A DNA stretch of 64,000 nt from Acidobacteriota bacterium (GCA_004299485.1 SCQP01000002.1:232966-296965); one strand, 5' to 3'. Positions 19,201 through 27,762 are shown, counted from the stretch's first letter. Translations and numbers: made by a program. Notes: a model not told the origin generated them from the letters alone.

Positions 19201-19431
19201 TCCTCCATCCACCGAGCCGAAGTACCAGACGTCGGGGTTGCCGACCACCCCGCTGACCGCCTCGGTACGCGCGCCGTTATAGGGTCCGACCAGGCGATAA
19301 TGCAGGTTCGCCAGGACTTGATTGATGCCGCCGCCCGATTGGGCGTGAGCCGGTAAAGCCCGGGTTCCCATCCAGCCCGCAACCGCGAGTGCTGCTCCGG
19401 CCGCCACACCCATGACAATGTTTCGCTTCAT
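16249..19431 (-). CDS. Secreted sortilin/VPS10-like double beta-propeller protein with many BNR/Asp-box repeats
   Basis: More than 10 Asp-boxes (TTDAGKSWKPL, STDGGKTWEHI, TTDGGKTWEKV, SIDGGNTWTQV and others). I chose ATG 19431 (MKRNIVMGVAAGAALAVAG signal peptide) over 19539. Confidence 0.8.
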   Translation of the reverse strand: MKRNIVMGVAAGAALAVAGWMGTRALPAHAQSGGGINQVLANLHYRLVGPYNGARTEAVSGVVGNPDVWYFGSVDGGVWKTTDAGKSWKPLFDREPVQSIGALEVAPSDPNTIYVGTGEACLRNDISYGDGMYKSTDGGKTWEHIGLDDTQHIAHVVIDPHDPNRVFVAAMGHASGPNAQRGIFRTTDGGKTWEKVLYKNDKTGGVDVVFDPQNPQILYAALYQFVRLPWRADSGGPGSGLYKSIDGGNTWTQVAGHGLPGGVWGKIGVAAAPNGQRVYALIEAKDGGLYVSNDAGATWKLVNDSDQYRQRAWYFTHIFADPKSNDMVYVENTGLYRSTDGGVKFKTIHGGDSHGFWIDPETPTHFITSSDEGAFISLDNGKNWSTNLNQPTGQFYSIATDNDVNYHLYGEKQDAGSVVIASRTNHGFIGPQDQYGASGGESGWLVPKPNDSNIVYGESYDGDMSRYNVKMGLSVPIGPWPDNPMGHGDIDMKYRFQWTAPIATSPWNPNVVFYGAQMLFKSTDMGDHWQIISPDLTRNDKSKQISSGGPITQDNTSAEYYDVIFSVAVSPVQKGILWAGSDDGLIHITRDGGKNWSDVTPADLKAPDHQWAKIGNIAASPFAACTAYVAARRNKLDDFAPYAYRTDDCGQTWTKITNGIPDGYYVQKVAPDTVRKGLLFAGTERGVFVSFDNGAQWQPLQLNLPHVSVRDLEVHDNDLVLATHGRAFWSLDDITPLRQWKPATASTQATLFKPEPARRTFGGGFDFFERGGSVAQNPPGPAVIDYYLAQPPQGPVEITVTNAQGEVMKSFSSANNPKPRANSGGERGGFARFFRHGVTVPNKQGFNRFTWNLEALTAPEPIKGEVLWGARGGVTPIVPTGEYTVKLTVDGQSYSQPLTVTLDPRLHATHADLVAQWDLAVKINHDLTQAWGAVRQMLALQTQIARVDTSAPASVQAAGNLLHGKLHTAIYKISNLDNKSGEDPLNFPIMLDNKLAVLGGRVEECTCAPQQGSIEVYSLLRSQLDAQLAAWRELQAKDIVAFNALLQQNKLAPVTVSSQP

Positions 19432-19626
19432 GATCGACAGGTCCTCCTGGACAGAAACACCGCTCCAACATCCTATTCCAGACGCGGGATTCAGGAAACA
19501 GGATTTTACATCCAACGCCGTCCTCTTTCGAACGCACAAGGGGGAGCCGGCCAGCGGGAGGTGTGGGGCGCAGCCCCGCGTAAAGGCGGCGAGAGCCGCA
19601 AACAGGTTTTTGCATCCAAGGCGAAC

Positions 19627-20667
19627 ATGGCGAAATCAGCAAGTGTCATCGTAATTACCGGGGCCTCAGCCGGCGTGGGCCGTGCCACTGTACGTCACTT
19701 GGCCGGGCCCGGCGTCAAAATCGGCCTCATTGCGCGCGGCAAGCTGGGCCTCGAAGCCGCTCGCTCCGAAGTGGAAGCCGCTGGCGGAACCGGCATGGTC
19801 CTGCCCACGGATGTCGCCGAGGCCGCCCAGGTGGAAGCTGCCGCGCAGCGCGTGGAGGATCACTGGGGCCCTCCCGATGTCTGGATCAACGACGCCATGA
19901 CCTCGGTATTTTCGCCGGTGAAAGAGCTCCATCCCGACGAAATTCACCGCGTCACCGAGGTCACCTATTTGGGCACCGTCTACGGCACCATGGCAGCGTT
20001 GAAACGTATGTTGCCGCGCAATCGCGGCGTCATCATCCAAGTCGGCTCGGCGCTGGCCTATCGCGCCATCCCGCTCCAGGCAGCTTACTCCGGCGCCAAG
20101 CACGCCGTTCAGGGCTTTACCGAGTCGCTGCGCTGTGAGCTGCTGCACGACCATAGCCGCGTGCGCGTAACTATGGTGCAAATGCCGGGGCTGAACACGC
20201 CCCAGTTCGACTGGGTGAAAAGCCGCTTGCCTCATCGCGCGCAGCCGGTGCCTCCAATCTACCAGCCTGAAGTCGCCGCCCGTGCTATTGCGTTTGCCAT
20301 TCGTCATCCGCGCCGCGAAGTTCTGGTGGGCGGGTCCACCGTCAGTGCGGTTCAGGCCAACAAGCTCGCCGCCTGGTGGCTTGATAACTACCTGGCGCGC
20401 ACCAACTACCGGGCGCAGCAGACGAACGAACCCGAGGATCCCTCGCGCCCCAACAATCTCTGGCACCCAGTCGAGGGCGACCGCGGCGCCCATGGCCGTT
20501 TTGACGACCGTGCTCGTGACCACAGCCGCGAGCTCTGGGTCGCCCGTCACCGTCCCGCCGGCTGGGGCTGGTTGCTGGTCGGTGCCGGCGCTGCCGCCGT
20601 GGCCGGCGCCCCGTTGCTGCTGAAAGCGAGCAACAAGCTTCCCGAGCTCGTCCGCCGCGCCGCCTAA
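19627..20667 (+). CDS. Short-chain dehydrogenase/reductase (SDR) with C-terminal hydrophobic tail
   Basis: TGASAGVGRA cofactor motif, YSGAKHAV catalytic YxxxK. Start at ATG 19627 (MAKSASVIVITG). Confidence 0.8.
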   Translation: MAKSASVIVITGASAGVGRATVRHLAGPGVKIGLIARGKLGLEAARSEVEAAGGTGMVLPTDVAEAAQVEAAAQRVEDHWGPPDVWINDAMTSVFSPVKELHPDEIHRVTEVTYLGTVYGTMAALKRMLPRNRGVIIQVGSALAYRAIPLQAAYSGAKHAVQGFTESLRCELLHDHSRVRVTMVQMPGLNTPQFDWVKSRLPHRAQPVPPIYQPEVAARAIAFAIRHPRREVLVGGSTVSAVQANKLAAWWLDNYLARTNYRAQQTNEPEDPSRPNNLWHPVEGDRGAHGRFDDRARDHSRELWVARHRPAGWGWLLVGAGAAAVAGAPLLLKASNKLPELVRRAA

Positions 20668-20692
20668 GCAGATTCGGTTATATCCTAACGGC

Positions 20693-21376
20693 ATGGAAAC
20701 GAATTGGGTCGAGCTGCCTGTTAGCGATGAAACTGCTATGGCGGCATTTATAGCCAAGCCCGACGCCGCCTCGCGCCGCGGGGTTCTGGTTTTGCAGGAA
20801 GCCTTCGGCGTCAACGGCCACATTCAAGAGGTGGCGCAGCGGCTGGCGAAGCTGGGCTACTGGGCGATCGCGCCCGATTTGTTTCATCGCACCGCGCCGC
20901 GCTTTCAGGGTGACTATGGCGACTTCCGTCCTGCGATGCCGCACATGAAGGCGATGAAATACGAGGCGACCGCAGCCGACGTCCGCGCCTGCTATGACTG
21001 GCTGGTGCAGCAGAGCGCAACCGACGTGAGCTCGATCGGCTTCTGCATGGGCGGCCGCGTCTCAGTGCTCGCGGCTCAGGTTCTGCCCCTTAAAGCTGCG
21101 GTGTCGTTTTACGCCGGCAATATCCTGAGCCTGCGCGGTCACGTTGCCGAGACGCAAGCGCCGCTGCTCCTGGTATGGGGCGACCGCGACCAGCACATCC
21201 CGCGCGAGCAGCGCGACGAGTTCGCCGGTCTGCTGCGCGCCGCCCACAAGAGCTTCGTCGAATGCACCTTCGGCGACGCCGGCCACGCCTTCTCCAACGA
21301 TCAGCGCCCCAGCTACCACCCCGCCTCCGCCCGTCTCGCCTGGGCCCTGGCCACTGCCTTCCTGGCGCAGCCGTAG
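20693..21376 (+). CDS. Dienelactone hydrolase family protein
   Basis: GFCMGG nucleophile-cysteine elbow. The alpha/beta-hydrolase layout and the size are typical of DLH. Confidence 0.8.
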   Translation: METNWVELPVSDETAMAAFIAKPDAASRRGVLVLQEAFGVNGHIQEVAQRLAKLGYWAIAPDLFHRTAPRFQGDYGDFRPAMPHMKAMKYEATAADVRACYDWLVQQSATDVSSIGFCMGGRVSVLAAQVLPLKAAVSFYAGNILSLRGHVAETQAPLLLVWGDRDQHIPREQRDEFAGLLRAAHKSFVECTFGDAGHAFSNDQRPSYHPASARLAWALATAFLAQP

Positions 21377-21509
21377 ACGCTGGACTTAGACAAAAATGTG
21401 ACATTGTCGGCCTCGGCAGACGGATTTGCTGAGTTGTGCGCCAAAACACTCTGTCCCAGCGCGACATATACCTTGACAGACCTCATTTACGCGCTGATTC
21501 TTACCGCAT

Positions 21510-21534
21510 GGAACGCGAGGCCCTTCTTTCGTTC
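21510..21534 (+). promoter_or_regulatory. Candidate ECF-type promoter (GGAAC-N15-CGTTC) upstream of the AraC-HTH/PAP2/877-aa cluster
   Basis: GGAAC at 21510-14 and CGTTC at 21530-34, about 30 nt before ATG 21563. The spacing is 2 nt shorter than in the putative autoregulatory site at 30746-30771. Confidence 0.3.
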
Positions 21535-21562
21535 TTTCATAGCATTTCGCCGGAGAAAGATC

Positions 21563-21898
21563 ATGGCGTATTGCATTAAGCTGATCTACCAGGAGACCGT
21601 CGCAGTCCTTTCGGTTGCGCCGCGCGCGGCTGCGGACGAGGTTGCCGGGAAGTTAGGCGTTGATCGACACACCTTGCACAGGGCGGTGCGGGCGTGCGGT
21701 ACGAGCTTTCGGGAACTGCAGCGCGCAGCTACGCTCCGCGCACTCGAGCGGATCGCTGAGTCTGGGCCGCCGCGCTCGGCAAAGCTCATCGCCTTCGAGA
21801 TAGGGTTTCCTTCCGCCGCTGCTCTGGCGCACTATCGCGTGCGGAATGCGCCTCAAATGTCCGGTTTTGCGCCCAAACGTCATCTTGACACCTGCTGA
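21563..21898 (+). CDS. Small AraC-type helix-turn-helix DNA-binding protein (no sensor domain)
   Basis: VAGKLGVDRHTLHRAVRACGTSFRELQRAATLRALERI...IAFEIGFPSAAALAHYRVRN gives two HTH units. ATG 21563 is preceded by GGAGAAAGA. Confidence 0.6.
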   Translation: MAYCIKLIYQETVAVLSVAPRAAADEVAGKLGVDRHTLHRAVRACGTSFRELQRAATLRALERIAESGPPRSAKLIAFEIGFPSAAALAHYRVRNAPQMSGFAPKRHLDTC

Positions 21899-21922
21899 CC
21901 CGGGCGGACAATTGCAAGTATC

Positions 21923-23376
21923 GTGGCGTTAGATCATGCGGTGACACGGCGCGGTTTCCTTGGCGCGGCCGGAGCGGGGCTGGCCGCCGTTAGCCTGGCT
22001 GCGCAGCCGATGCTTGCTGGCGACGCGGGCGAAGATGCCCGCCGCGAGCACAGAAGCTTTGAGGTCCGCGAGCGCGCGGCGCGGAGCGAGCTGCGGGCAG
22101 ATGCTGAACCCCAGGTCAACAACGGAGATGAGGCGCTCTATCCAAATTTCATCGCCTCCTACTCCAAGGGGTTGCCGCATAACACGCTGGACGAGGTGGA
22201 CGCTGCGGCTTACCGCACCCTGCTCCGCGCCCTGAGGATGCTTCCGGACACCTCCGTGCTATCCGGACTGCGGCTCGGCGGCAGCGAAAAACTGATCAAC
22301 CCCATGGCGGGCGTGGCGTTTGATCTGGAGGGCATTGACATTCAAAAACTGGCGGCGCCGCCCGCGCACACGCTCGCCAGCGCCGCGCGGGCGGCGGAGA
22401 TGATCGAGCTTTACTGGATGGCGCTGTGCCGCGACGTGCCGTTTTGTCAATACAGCTCCCACCCGCTTGCGCTAACCGCTTGCCGCGCGCTTGGAGTCAC
22501 GTCCGGCGACCTCTTCCGCGGCAACCTGCCGGGCGACGTTATCGGCCCATACGTGTCGCAGCTCATGCTGACGCCGTTCAGTTACGGCCAGTACCAGCTC
22601 GACGGCCGGCTGACCACATTTCCGGCAGGAGCCGACTACCTCGCCGGGCCGGACGCGTGGCTCGCCTGCCGCAATGGTCAAGGCCCGTTCCCGGCGCCGC
22701 AGACCGATCCGGTTCCGCGCTACTTCCGCTGCGGCCGCGATCTCGCCGCCTACGTACACAGCGACAACGCCTGCGAAGGCTTCTACAACGCCGGCCTGCG
22801 CCTGTACGCGCTCCACGCGCCGCTAAATCCAGGCAATCCGTATCTGGCGCTGCGTGATCAGTCGCCGTTTGCGACCTTCGGCGTTCCATCTACCCGTTGC
22901 ACCCAAGCGTGCTCTCATCCGAAGCTGCGGCGCGCACCGCCGGGCGCTGGGGCTCGTGGCTGCTGCCGCAGGCATTCCCCGAGGGCTGCCCGCAGCACCC
23001 CTCTTACACGCAGGCGCACGGCGGGGTTGCGGGCGCCTGCGCCACGATCCTGAAGTGCGCCTTTGACGGTTCGACGCCTTGGGTGTCGCTGGCGCCGGCG
23101 TTGCTGCAGGCGAGCGCCGATGGCCTCAGTCTCGAAGCCTACGCTGGCGCCGATGCGGCCCAGGTCACCGTGAACGGCGAGATCGGGAAGCTGTGCGGCA
23201 ATATCGCGCTGGGCCGCAATTTCGCCGGCGTGCATTGGCACTCGGATTATTTTCAGGGCCTGCTGTTGGGCGAGGCCATGGCGCTGACGATTCTCGCCGA
23301 CCAGCGCCCTACCTTTGGCGAAGCGTTTTCTGGTTTTGTGATTACCAAATTTAACGGCACCACGGTCACCGTCTGA
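21923..23376 (+). pseudogene. Tat-signal PAP2/vanadium-haloperoxidase-like protein, reading frame broken near 22880-22900
   Basis: The N-part (frame of 21923) has the twin-arginine signal TRRGFLGAAGAGLAA. The C-part (frame of 22897) has FPEGCPQHPSYTQAHGG and GRNFAGVHWHSD (RX5HX3D). The two parts are in different frames. I found no KX6RP motif in any frame. Confidence 0.6.
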
Positions 23377-23394
23377 GTAGGAGGGTTGTCATCC

Positions 23395-26028
23395 ATGTCG
23401 CGTGAAAGCAGGAACGGGTTGGGGACCGCGGTCATTCTCGCGGCCGCGTTCTTTCTGGTGATGATGGTGGCCGCGCGCCGCGCGCCCACGCCGCCGCGGG
23501 CGCCAGAACCGCCGCAGCGGCCATCGCCGCCCAAGCCAGCGCAATATCCTCCCATGCCGCAGACGCTGGTGGGCGAGGCGTGGCGCACGGACGGGAATTT
23601 CGTAGCCAAAATCCACATACAGAACGTGCTTGCGGTGGCGGCGCTGGACGTTACCGTGACTCTCTACATGGCTGACGGTACACCCTACCAGCTCCCGGCG
23701 ATAACAATCCCGAAGTCGGGGGAAGCCGATGTCAACATCAGCCAGGCGCTGGCGGGCGCGCCTGGCTCCCTGCTCGGTCATACGTCCACTTTTGGCAGCG
23801 CGACGCTGAGTTACGTGTGGAATTCTCCCGGGCACCTCGCCGCGGTGATTGAGAACAAAGACGTGCCGGACAGCCTCATAATTACGAATTCCTTCGAGCC
23901 AGCGCCCATGGCGGCGCCCGAACAGAAGCTCGCAGCGTCCATGCGGCGGATGGAGCAGAGTGCACCCTTCCACCTGGCGATGCCTTCCGGGATGCCTTCC
24001 GGGATGACCACGGCCCCGTCCGGCACCGCGATGCCCCCGATGGCTTGGATCGAGCAGGGGTTGTGGTGGCGGCACGACAAAGGCGTACAGGCCACGCTGG
24101 CGCTCGCGAACGCCGGACCCGTGAGCACCTCGGGCCGCTGGCGTCTGAGCAGCGCAAAGGGCGCGGAGGGGCCATGGAATAACATCGAGCTTGGGCCCCA
24201 CTCCACAAGTGAGGTATCGCTGGACGCGGCCATCGACGCGCTGCCTCCCCGGCTGCGCCAGGCGGGCGGCGTCGAGGTGCAAGAACTCGAGGCGCCCGAT
24301 ATGCCCGCCTCCGGTAACTTGCTGGTCGCGGGCTGGTTGATCAACCCCGGCAACGGCTTTTCCGCCGACATGAACTTCACCATGACCATGAACTCCAAGC
24401 CGGCGCCAATGACCTTCGCCGCTCCGGGGATGATGCTGGGCGCGCCCATGGCCAGGGATCACTTCCCCGACGGCATACGTTTTCACCCCTATGGTTACCT
24501 GCGTAACGCGACCGCGCGACCCTTGGAGGTGACCTTGACGGCTGCGCTGGGCATGCCCATGGGCAGGAGCGCGGCGCCCGCGGCGGCCTCCCATGCCATT
24601 GAGCTGGGGCCGGGCGAAACCCGGCGCATCGGCCTGGCTGCCTGGGCACACCGCCTTCAGCGGGGCCCAGCTCCGCCGGGCGAGTCGCTGAATTGGTCGG
24701 CCAGTTTCGAGGGCGCTCCCGGCGATTTGGTGATGACTGCGGGCAGCGTAGACAGAAGCGGGAGCTACGTTTTTCAAGTGATGCCGCAGAAGGTGGGTGT
24801 CAGCGCGGGCGAGCAGTTGCCCTACTGGACGACCGTCGGCGGCAACAACACCATGTACTCGCTTTGGAACCCGACCGGCAGCGAGCAGGACTTGGTGCTC
24901 ATGCTCACGCCCGCAGACGGAACGAACGCCTACGAAATGGCCATCAGCCTTGCGCCAGGCGCCTCGACCATGGTGGACGTCGGAATGCTGCGGGCCGAGG
25001 GCATGCCCGACCGCAAGGGGAATCTGCTGCCAGCGGAGGCCAACTCCGGTAGCGCCATGCTCGAGCCGGCGGGCATTCCCGCGCCCAACCGCCAGGGCGT
25101 TATCATAATGCCGAAGAGCGGGATTCCGGTGATGACAGTGGCCGTTTCAACCGGGGTATTCAACGCGCAGGAGGCGACCTGCAGCGTGTACTGCGGGCGC
25201 TGCTGCGCCTACGGCAACCAGGTGGTCACGACGAGCGCTTCCACGATCAACCAGGGCCAGACCTTCAGCGCCGAATATTGGGCAGTCAATTGCGATGGCC
25301 ACAGCGTTGACCTCACCAACACGGCCAACTGGGGCGGCGCCCTCGGCGCCACGTTTGATGGCTACGACGCCTATGGCGACCCGCTGTTCACAGGCAGTAG
25401 CCCTGGGCAGGTGGAAGCCTGGGCCGACATCCCGAATGTCATCCAGAACCCTGGTTCGGGCTACCCTTGTAGCTGCGGCTGCTGGTCGTCGGACTTCTTC
25501 GGCTCCGCCGATGTCACCGTCGATCCCGTGATTACCGGCCCGACCGACTTCTGGTGGTTCGGCGGAGTCAACCCCAGCGGCTATGCTACTTCGGTCACGC
25601 TGAGTGCCTCGTCGGGTAGCGGCTATCAGTGGAGCGTTGACTCAAATCCGGGTGAGGTGGACACCTCCTCGCTGACCGGCAGCTCGCTAACGGTTACTGC
25701 CTCGGGAGGTCCGCTTACTGCGGCAACGGTCGCAGTCTCGGTGGTTGTGAACGGGGCGAGGTCCGGCGAGTTCTACCTTCAACCGCATGAGCCCTACAAG
25801 CTTAGCGCGCTTGGCCCGCTCGATTATGCGGACTCAACTTATGGCTACAGATCCTTCGTGCAGTACGACATCCTAGATCAAACAGGCGCTCCCATGCCTA
25901 GCCCGATCCCGCTTCACGAAGAGTGGTGCAGTAGCACAGTCGAGGATTACTCAGGGACAAATTGGGGCTGGGGGTTGGCCGGAGGCGCCACCACCGCCGC
26001 GACGACGCCCGATTATTTTACTGATTAA
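23395..26028 (+). CDS. 877-aa N-terminally anchored extracytoplasmic protein of unknown family (divergent internal repeats, Cys-rich segment)
   Basis: AGGAGG at 23379-23384 lies 10 nt before ATG 23395. TM anchor GLGTAVILAAAFFLVMMVAA followed by a Pro-rich linker. Cys clusters CSVYCGRCC and YPCSCGCW. No family recognised by eye. Confidence 0.7.
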   Translation: MSRESRNGLGTAVILAAAFFLVMMVAARRAPTPPRAPEPPQRPSPPKPAQYPPMPQTLVGEAWRTDGNFVAKIHIQNVLAVAALDVTVTLYMADGTPYQLPAITIPKSGEADVNISQALAGAPGSLLGHTSTFGSATLSYVWNSPGHLAAVIENKDVPDSLIITNSFEPAPMAAPEQKLAASMRRMEQSAPFHLAMPSGMPSGMTTAPSGTAMPPMAWIEQGLWWRHDKGVQATLALANAGPVSTSGRWRLSSAKGAEGPWNNIELGPHSTSEVSLDAAIDALPPRLRQAGGVEVQELEAPDMPASGNLLVAGWLINPGNGFSADMNFTMTMNSKPAPMTFAAPGMMLGAPMARDHFPDGIRFHPYGYLRNATARPLEVTLTAALGMPMGRSAAPAAASHAIELGPGETRRIGLAAWAHRLQRGPAPPGESLNWSASFEGAPGDLVMTAGSVDRSGSYVFQVMPQKVGVSAGEQLPYWTTVGGNNTMYSLWNPTGSEQDLVLMLTPADGTNAYEMAISLAPGASTMVDVGMLRAEGMPDRKGNLLPAEANSGSAMLEPAGIPAPNRQGVIIMPKSGIPVMTVAVSTGVFNAQEATCSVYCGRCCAYGNQVVTTSASTINQGQTFSAEYWAVNCDGHSVDLTNTANWGGALGATFDGYDAYGDPLFTGSSPGQVEAWADIPNVIQNPGSGYPCSCGCWSSDFFGSADVTVDPVITGPTDFWWFGGVNPSGYATSVTLSASSGSGYQWSVDSNPGEVDTSSLTGSSLTVTASGGPLTAATVAVSVVVNGARSGEFYLQPHEPYKLSALGPLDYADSTYGYRSFVQYDILDQTGAPMPSPIPLHEEWCSSTVEDYSGTNWGWGLAGGATTAATTPDYFTD
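24973..25114 (+). repeat. Copy 1 (inside the 877-aa CDS) of a 142-nt duplicated segment
   Basis: Manual alignment to 27306-27447 gives about 11 mismatches in 142 nt. It encodes VDVGMLRAEGMPDRKGNLLPAEANSGSAMLEPAGIPAPNRQGVIIMP. Confidence 0.9.
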
Positions 26029-26191
26029 ATTACGCCGCCGCCGCTTTCGGACGGATTAATTCCCGTCCCCGGGTACACCGGCGGCTCACCGGTCACCCCC
26101 GTGCAGCACACGTGCCAGACTTGGTGGATTGGCACACAGTCTGCCGGCGCGGGATTCGAAGTACAGCAGGACCAGCTTCAAAAGTACATCA

Positions 26192-27265
26192 ATGCAGGTC
26201 GCCACCTTTCTATCCAGACTCCATTCCCATAGCCGCGCTGCGATCCTTGCGCTGACTATCGCCGCTCCGGCACTCCTGTGCTCGGTCGCGCGCGCCCAGA
26301 ACTGCGGGGGGCCCAAGCCAGGGTTCTGGCTGCAGGACGCTGTTGCGAGATCGCAGGTGATCGTGAGCGGTGTATATCTCGGGACTACGGGCCGACCGAG
26401 GATAACTGGTAGCAACCTAAGCGGGCAGCTCGGCCATTTCCTAGCGCGGGAGGTCATAAAAGGCCGCGCGCCCCTAGGGCCGGTTGTCATCGAGCTAGGC
26501 CCCGCGAGCCATGGAACCGCCGGGCAGTACGAGGTCGCGTTGCTAACCCGGTCAGACGGCTCGTTGGTTCCGGTGACTCTCAATTTATTCTGCGGTCGCT
26601 TTTCGCTGCTTCCGGCCGATCCCCGTGATTTTTCTGCACAGCGGACGGCGCTGGAGGAGGTTGTTCACGAAATCGGCAATGTGATGCTTGACGACCACGC
26701 ACACCGGGCGACACGCCTCGAGGCGCTTCAGTACGTTTGTCTTGAGCCCTCGGCGGCACCGCAACTGATTGAGGCTAGCTCCGGCAAGGATTCGGAGGTC
26801 GAATACAGGGCGATGGGCTGTCGCATTGACCAGGGCGACGTCGGGCTCCTGGAGCGGCTTGCTGACAGCTTTGCGGCGGCGAACCCACCGCCCGCCGCGG
26901 TCCTTCTCGCACCGGCGATTGCCGGGATCTATTCCCACGGCAAATTCGGGGTACAGAAGCCGGGGCCGATCACCGCGCTGGCGAAGATGGCGCACGCGCG
27001 TCTCCCCGCGCTTCGATTGGCCGCCCTGCGCGCTCTGGGCCAGTGTGAATCGCTGCTCACGGTCCCGGCGCTGCGTCCGATTCTGCTGCATAGCCCAGAT
27101 CCAGAAGACCGTTTCATGGCAGCTTACGCGCTGTGGCAAACCGTCGGCGGCATTTGGCCAGCGCCGACCGAGGCGGATTTCCGGGCGGACCCGTCAGGGA
27201 TCACAAAGATTCTGCTCGACCGTGCAGCGTGCATGGAAAAGCACGAGGTTTGCGGGCCTGGATAG
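26192..27265 (+). CDS. Secreted HEAT/ARM-like repeat protein (hypothetical)
   Basis: ATG 26192 gives the signal peptide MQVATFLSRLHSHSRAAILALTIAAPALLCSVARAQ. The C-half carries HEAT-like strings (LPALRLAALRALGQCES..., DPEDRFMAAYALWQ). Confidence 0.55.
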   Translation: MQVATFLSRLHSHSRAAILALTIAAPALLCSVARAQNCGGPKPGFWLQDAVARSQVIVSGVYLGTTGRPRITGSNLSGQLGHFLAREVIKGRAPLGPVVIELGPASHGTAGQYEVALLTRSDGSLVPVTLNLFCGRFSLLPADPRDFSAQRTALEEVVHEIGNVMLDDHAHRATRLEALQYVCLEPSAAPQLIEASSGKDSEVEYRAMGCRIDQGDVGLLERLADSFAAANPPPAAVLLAPAIAGIYSHGKFGVQKPGPITALAKMAHARLPALRLAALRALGQCESLLTVPALRPILLHSPDPEDRFMAAYALWQTVGGIWPAPTEADFRADPSGITKILLDRAACMEKHEVCGPG

Positions 27266-27305
27266 GCAGTGCCGCTTCGCCAGCCCGCGGTCGGAGCGGC
27301 CAAGG

Positions 27306-27642
27306 GTGGACATTGGGATGCTACAGGCCGAGGGCATGCCCGACCGCAACGGGAATCTGCTGCCTCCGGAGGCCAACTCCGGCAGCGCCATGCTCGAGCC
27401 GGCGGGCATTCCCGCGCCCAACCGCAAGGGCGTTATCATCATGCCGATGGCGGCAGCTTGGAGGAGCCCTGAGCGCTAGCGGGCGGACCCTGCCGGGAAT
27501 CGGTGAAATCGGCACATCGCCGGCCGCGTCCAACCTGCGTGCCGCGCTCAAGACTGAACGGGACGCTTCAGTGCGCCACGCCATCGGCGCGTCGCTCAAC
27601 GAAATCCTGACGCGCCCGAAGCCGCACCCGGCGAACCATTAA
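27306..27642 (+). pseudogene. Composite remnant: 142-nt copy of an internal piece of the 877-aa gene followed, out of frame, by a HEAT-repeat C-terminal fragment
   Basis: 27306-27447 matches 24973-25114 with about 11 mismatches in 142 nt by manual alignment. 27490-27642 encodes IGEIGTSPAASNLRAALKTERDASVRHAIGASLNEIL, which resembles the C-terminus of the 27763 gene (IGNSAAADALRSAQPRERDADVRRAIVASLREIG). Confidence 0.6.
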
Positions 27643-27739
27643 ACTGAGGCGCCGCGGGATCCCGGGCGGCCGCCGCCACCCCTCCGGTGGGCGTGAACGG
27701 CATGTGCGCGCTCAAGGCGTACGCACTCAAATCGATTGA

Positions 27740-27745
27740 TAAAAT
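27740..27745 (+). promoter_or_regulatory. Candidate -10 box (TAAAAT) for the 27763 HEAT-repeat gene
   Basis: TAAAAT lies 17 nt upstream of the ATG in an AT-richer patch. The -35 is unclear. Confidence 0.35.
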
Positions 27746-27762
27746 AGCATCGAGCGCAGGTA

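Noticed and set aside
21473-21501. Sigma-70 promoter upstream of the AraC-HTH gene (TTGACA at 21473-78)
   Set aside because: The -35 is perfect, but the -10 candidates at 17-19 nt (GATTCT, ATTCTT, TTCTTA) are poor, so support is insufficient.
22854-23066. Third-frame 70-aa ORF within the PAP2-like gene break region
   Set aside because: I considered it as a possible missing KX6RP-containing segment (it contains HRR), but no motif match or continuity with the flanking frames could be established.
26026-26028. Recoding (selenocysteine/pyrrolysine) at the in-frame stop of the 877-aa gene
   Set aside because: The stop is TAA, not TGA or TAG, and no SECIS- or PYLIS-like context is evident. A nonsense mutation or chance is more plausible.
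26769-27642. ORFs 26769-27479 (236 aa) and 27133-27642 (169 aa) as genuine genes
   Set aside because: Most of each ORF overlaps the supported 26192-27265 gene out of frame with Arg/Pro-rich nonsense. Only their 3' portions carry recognisable sequence, and those portions are better explained as gene fragments.
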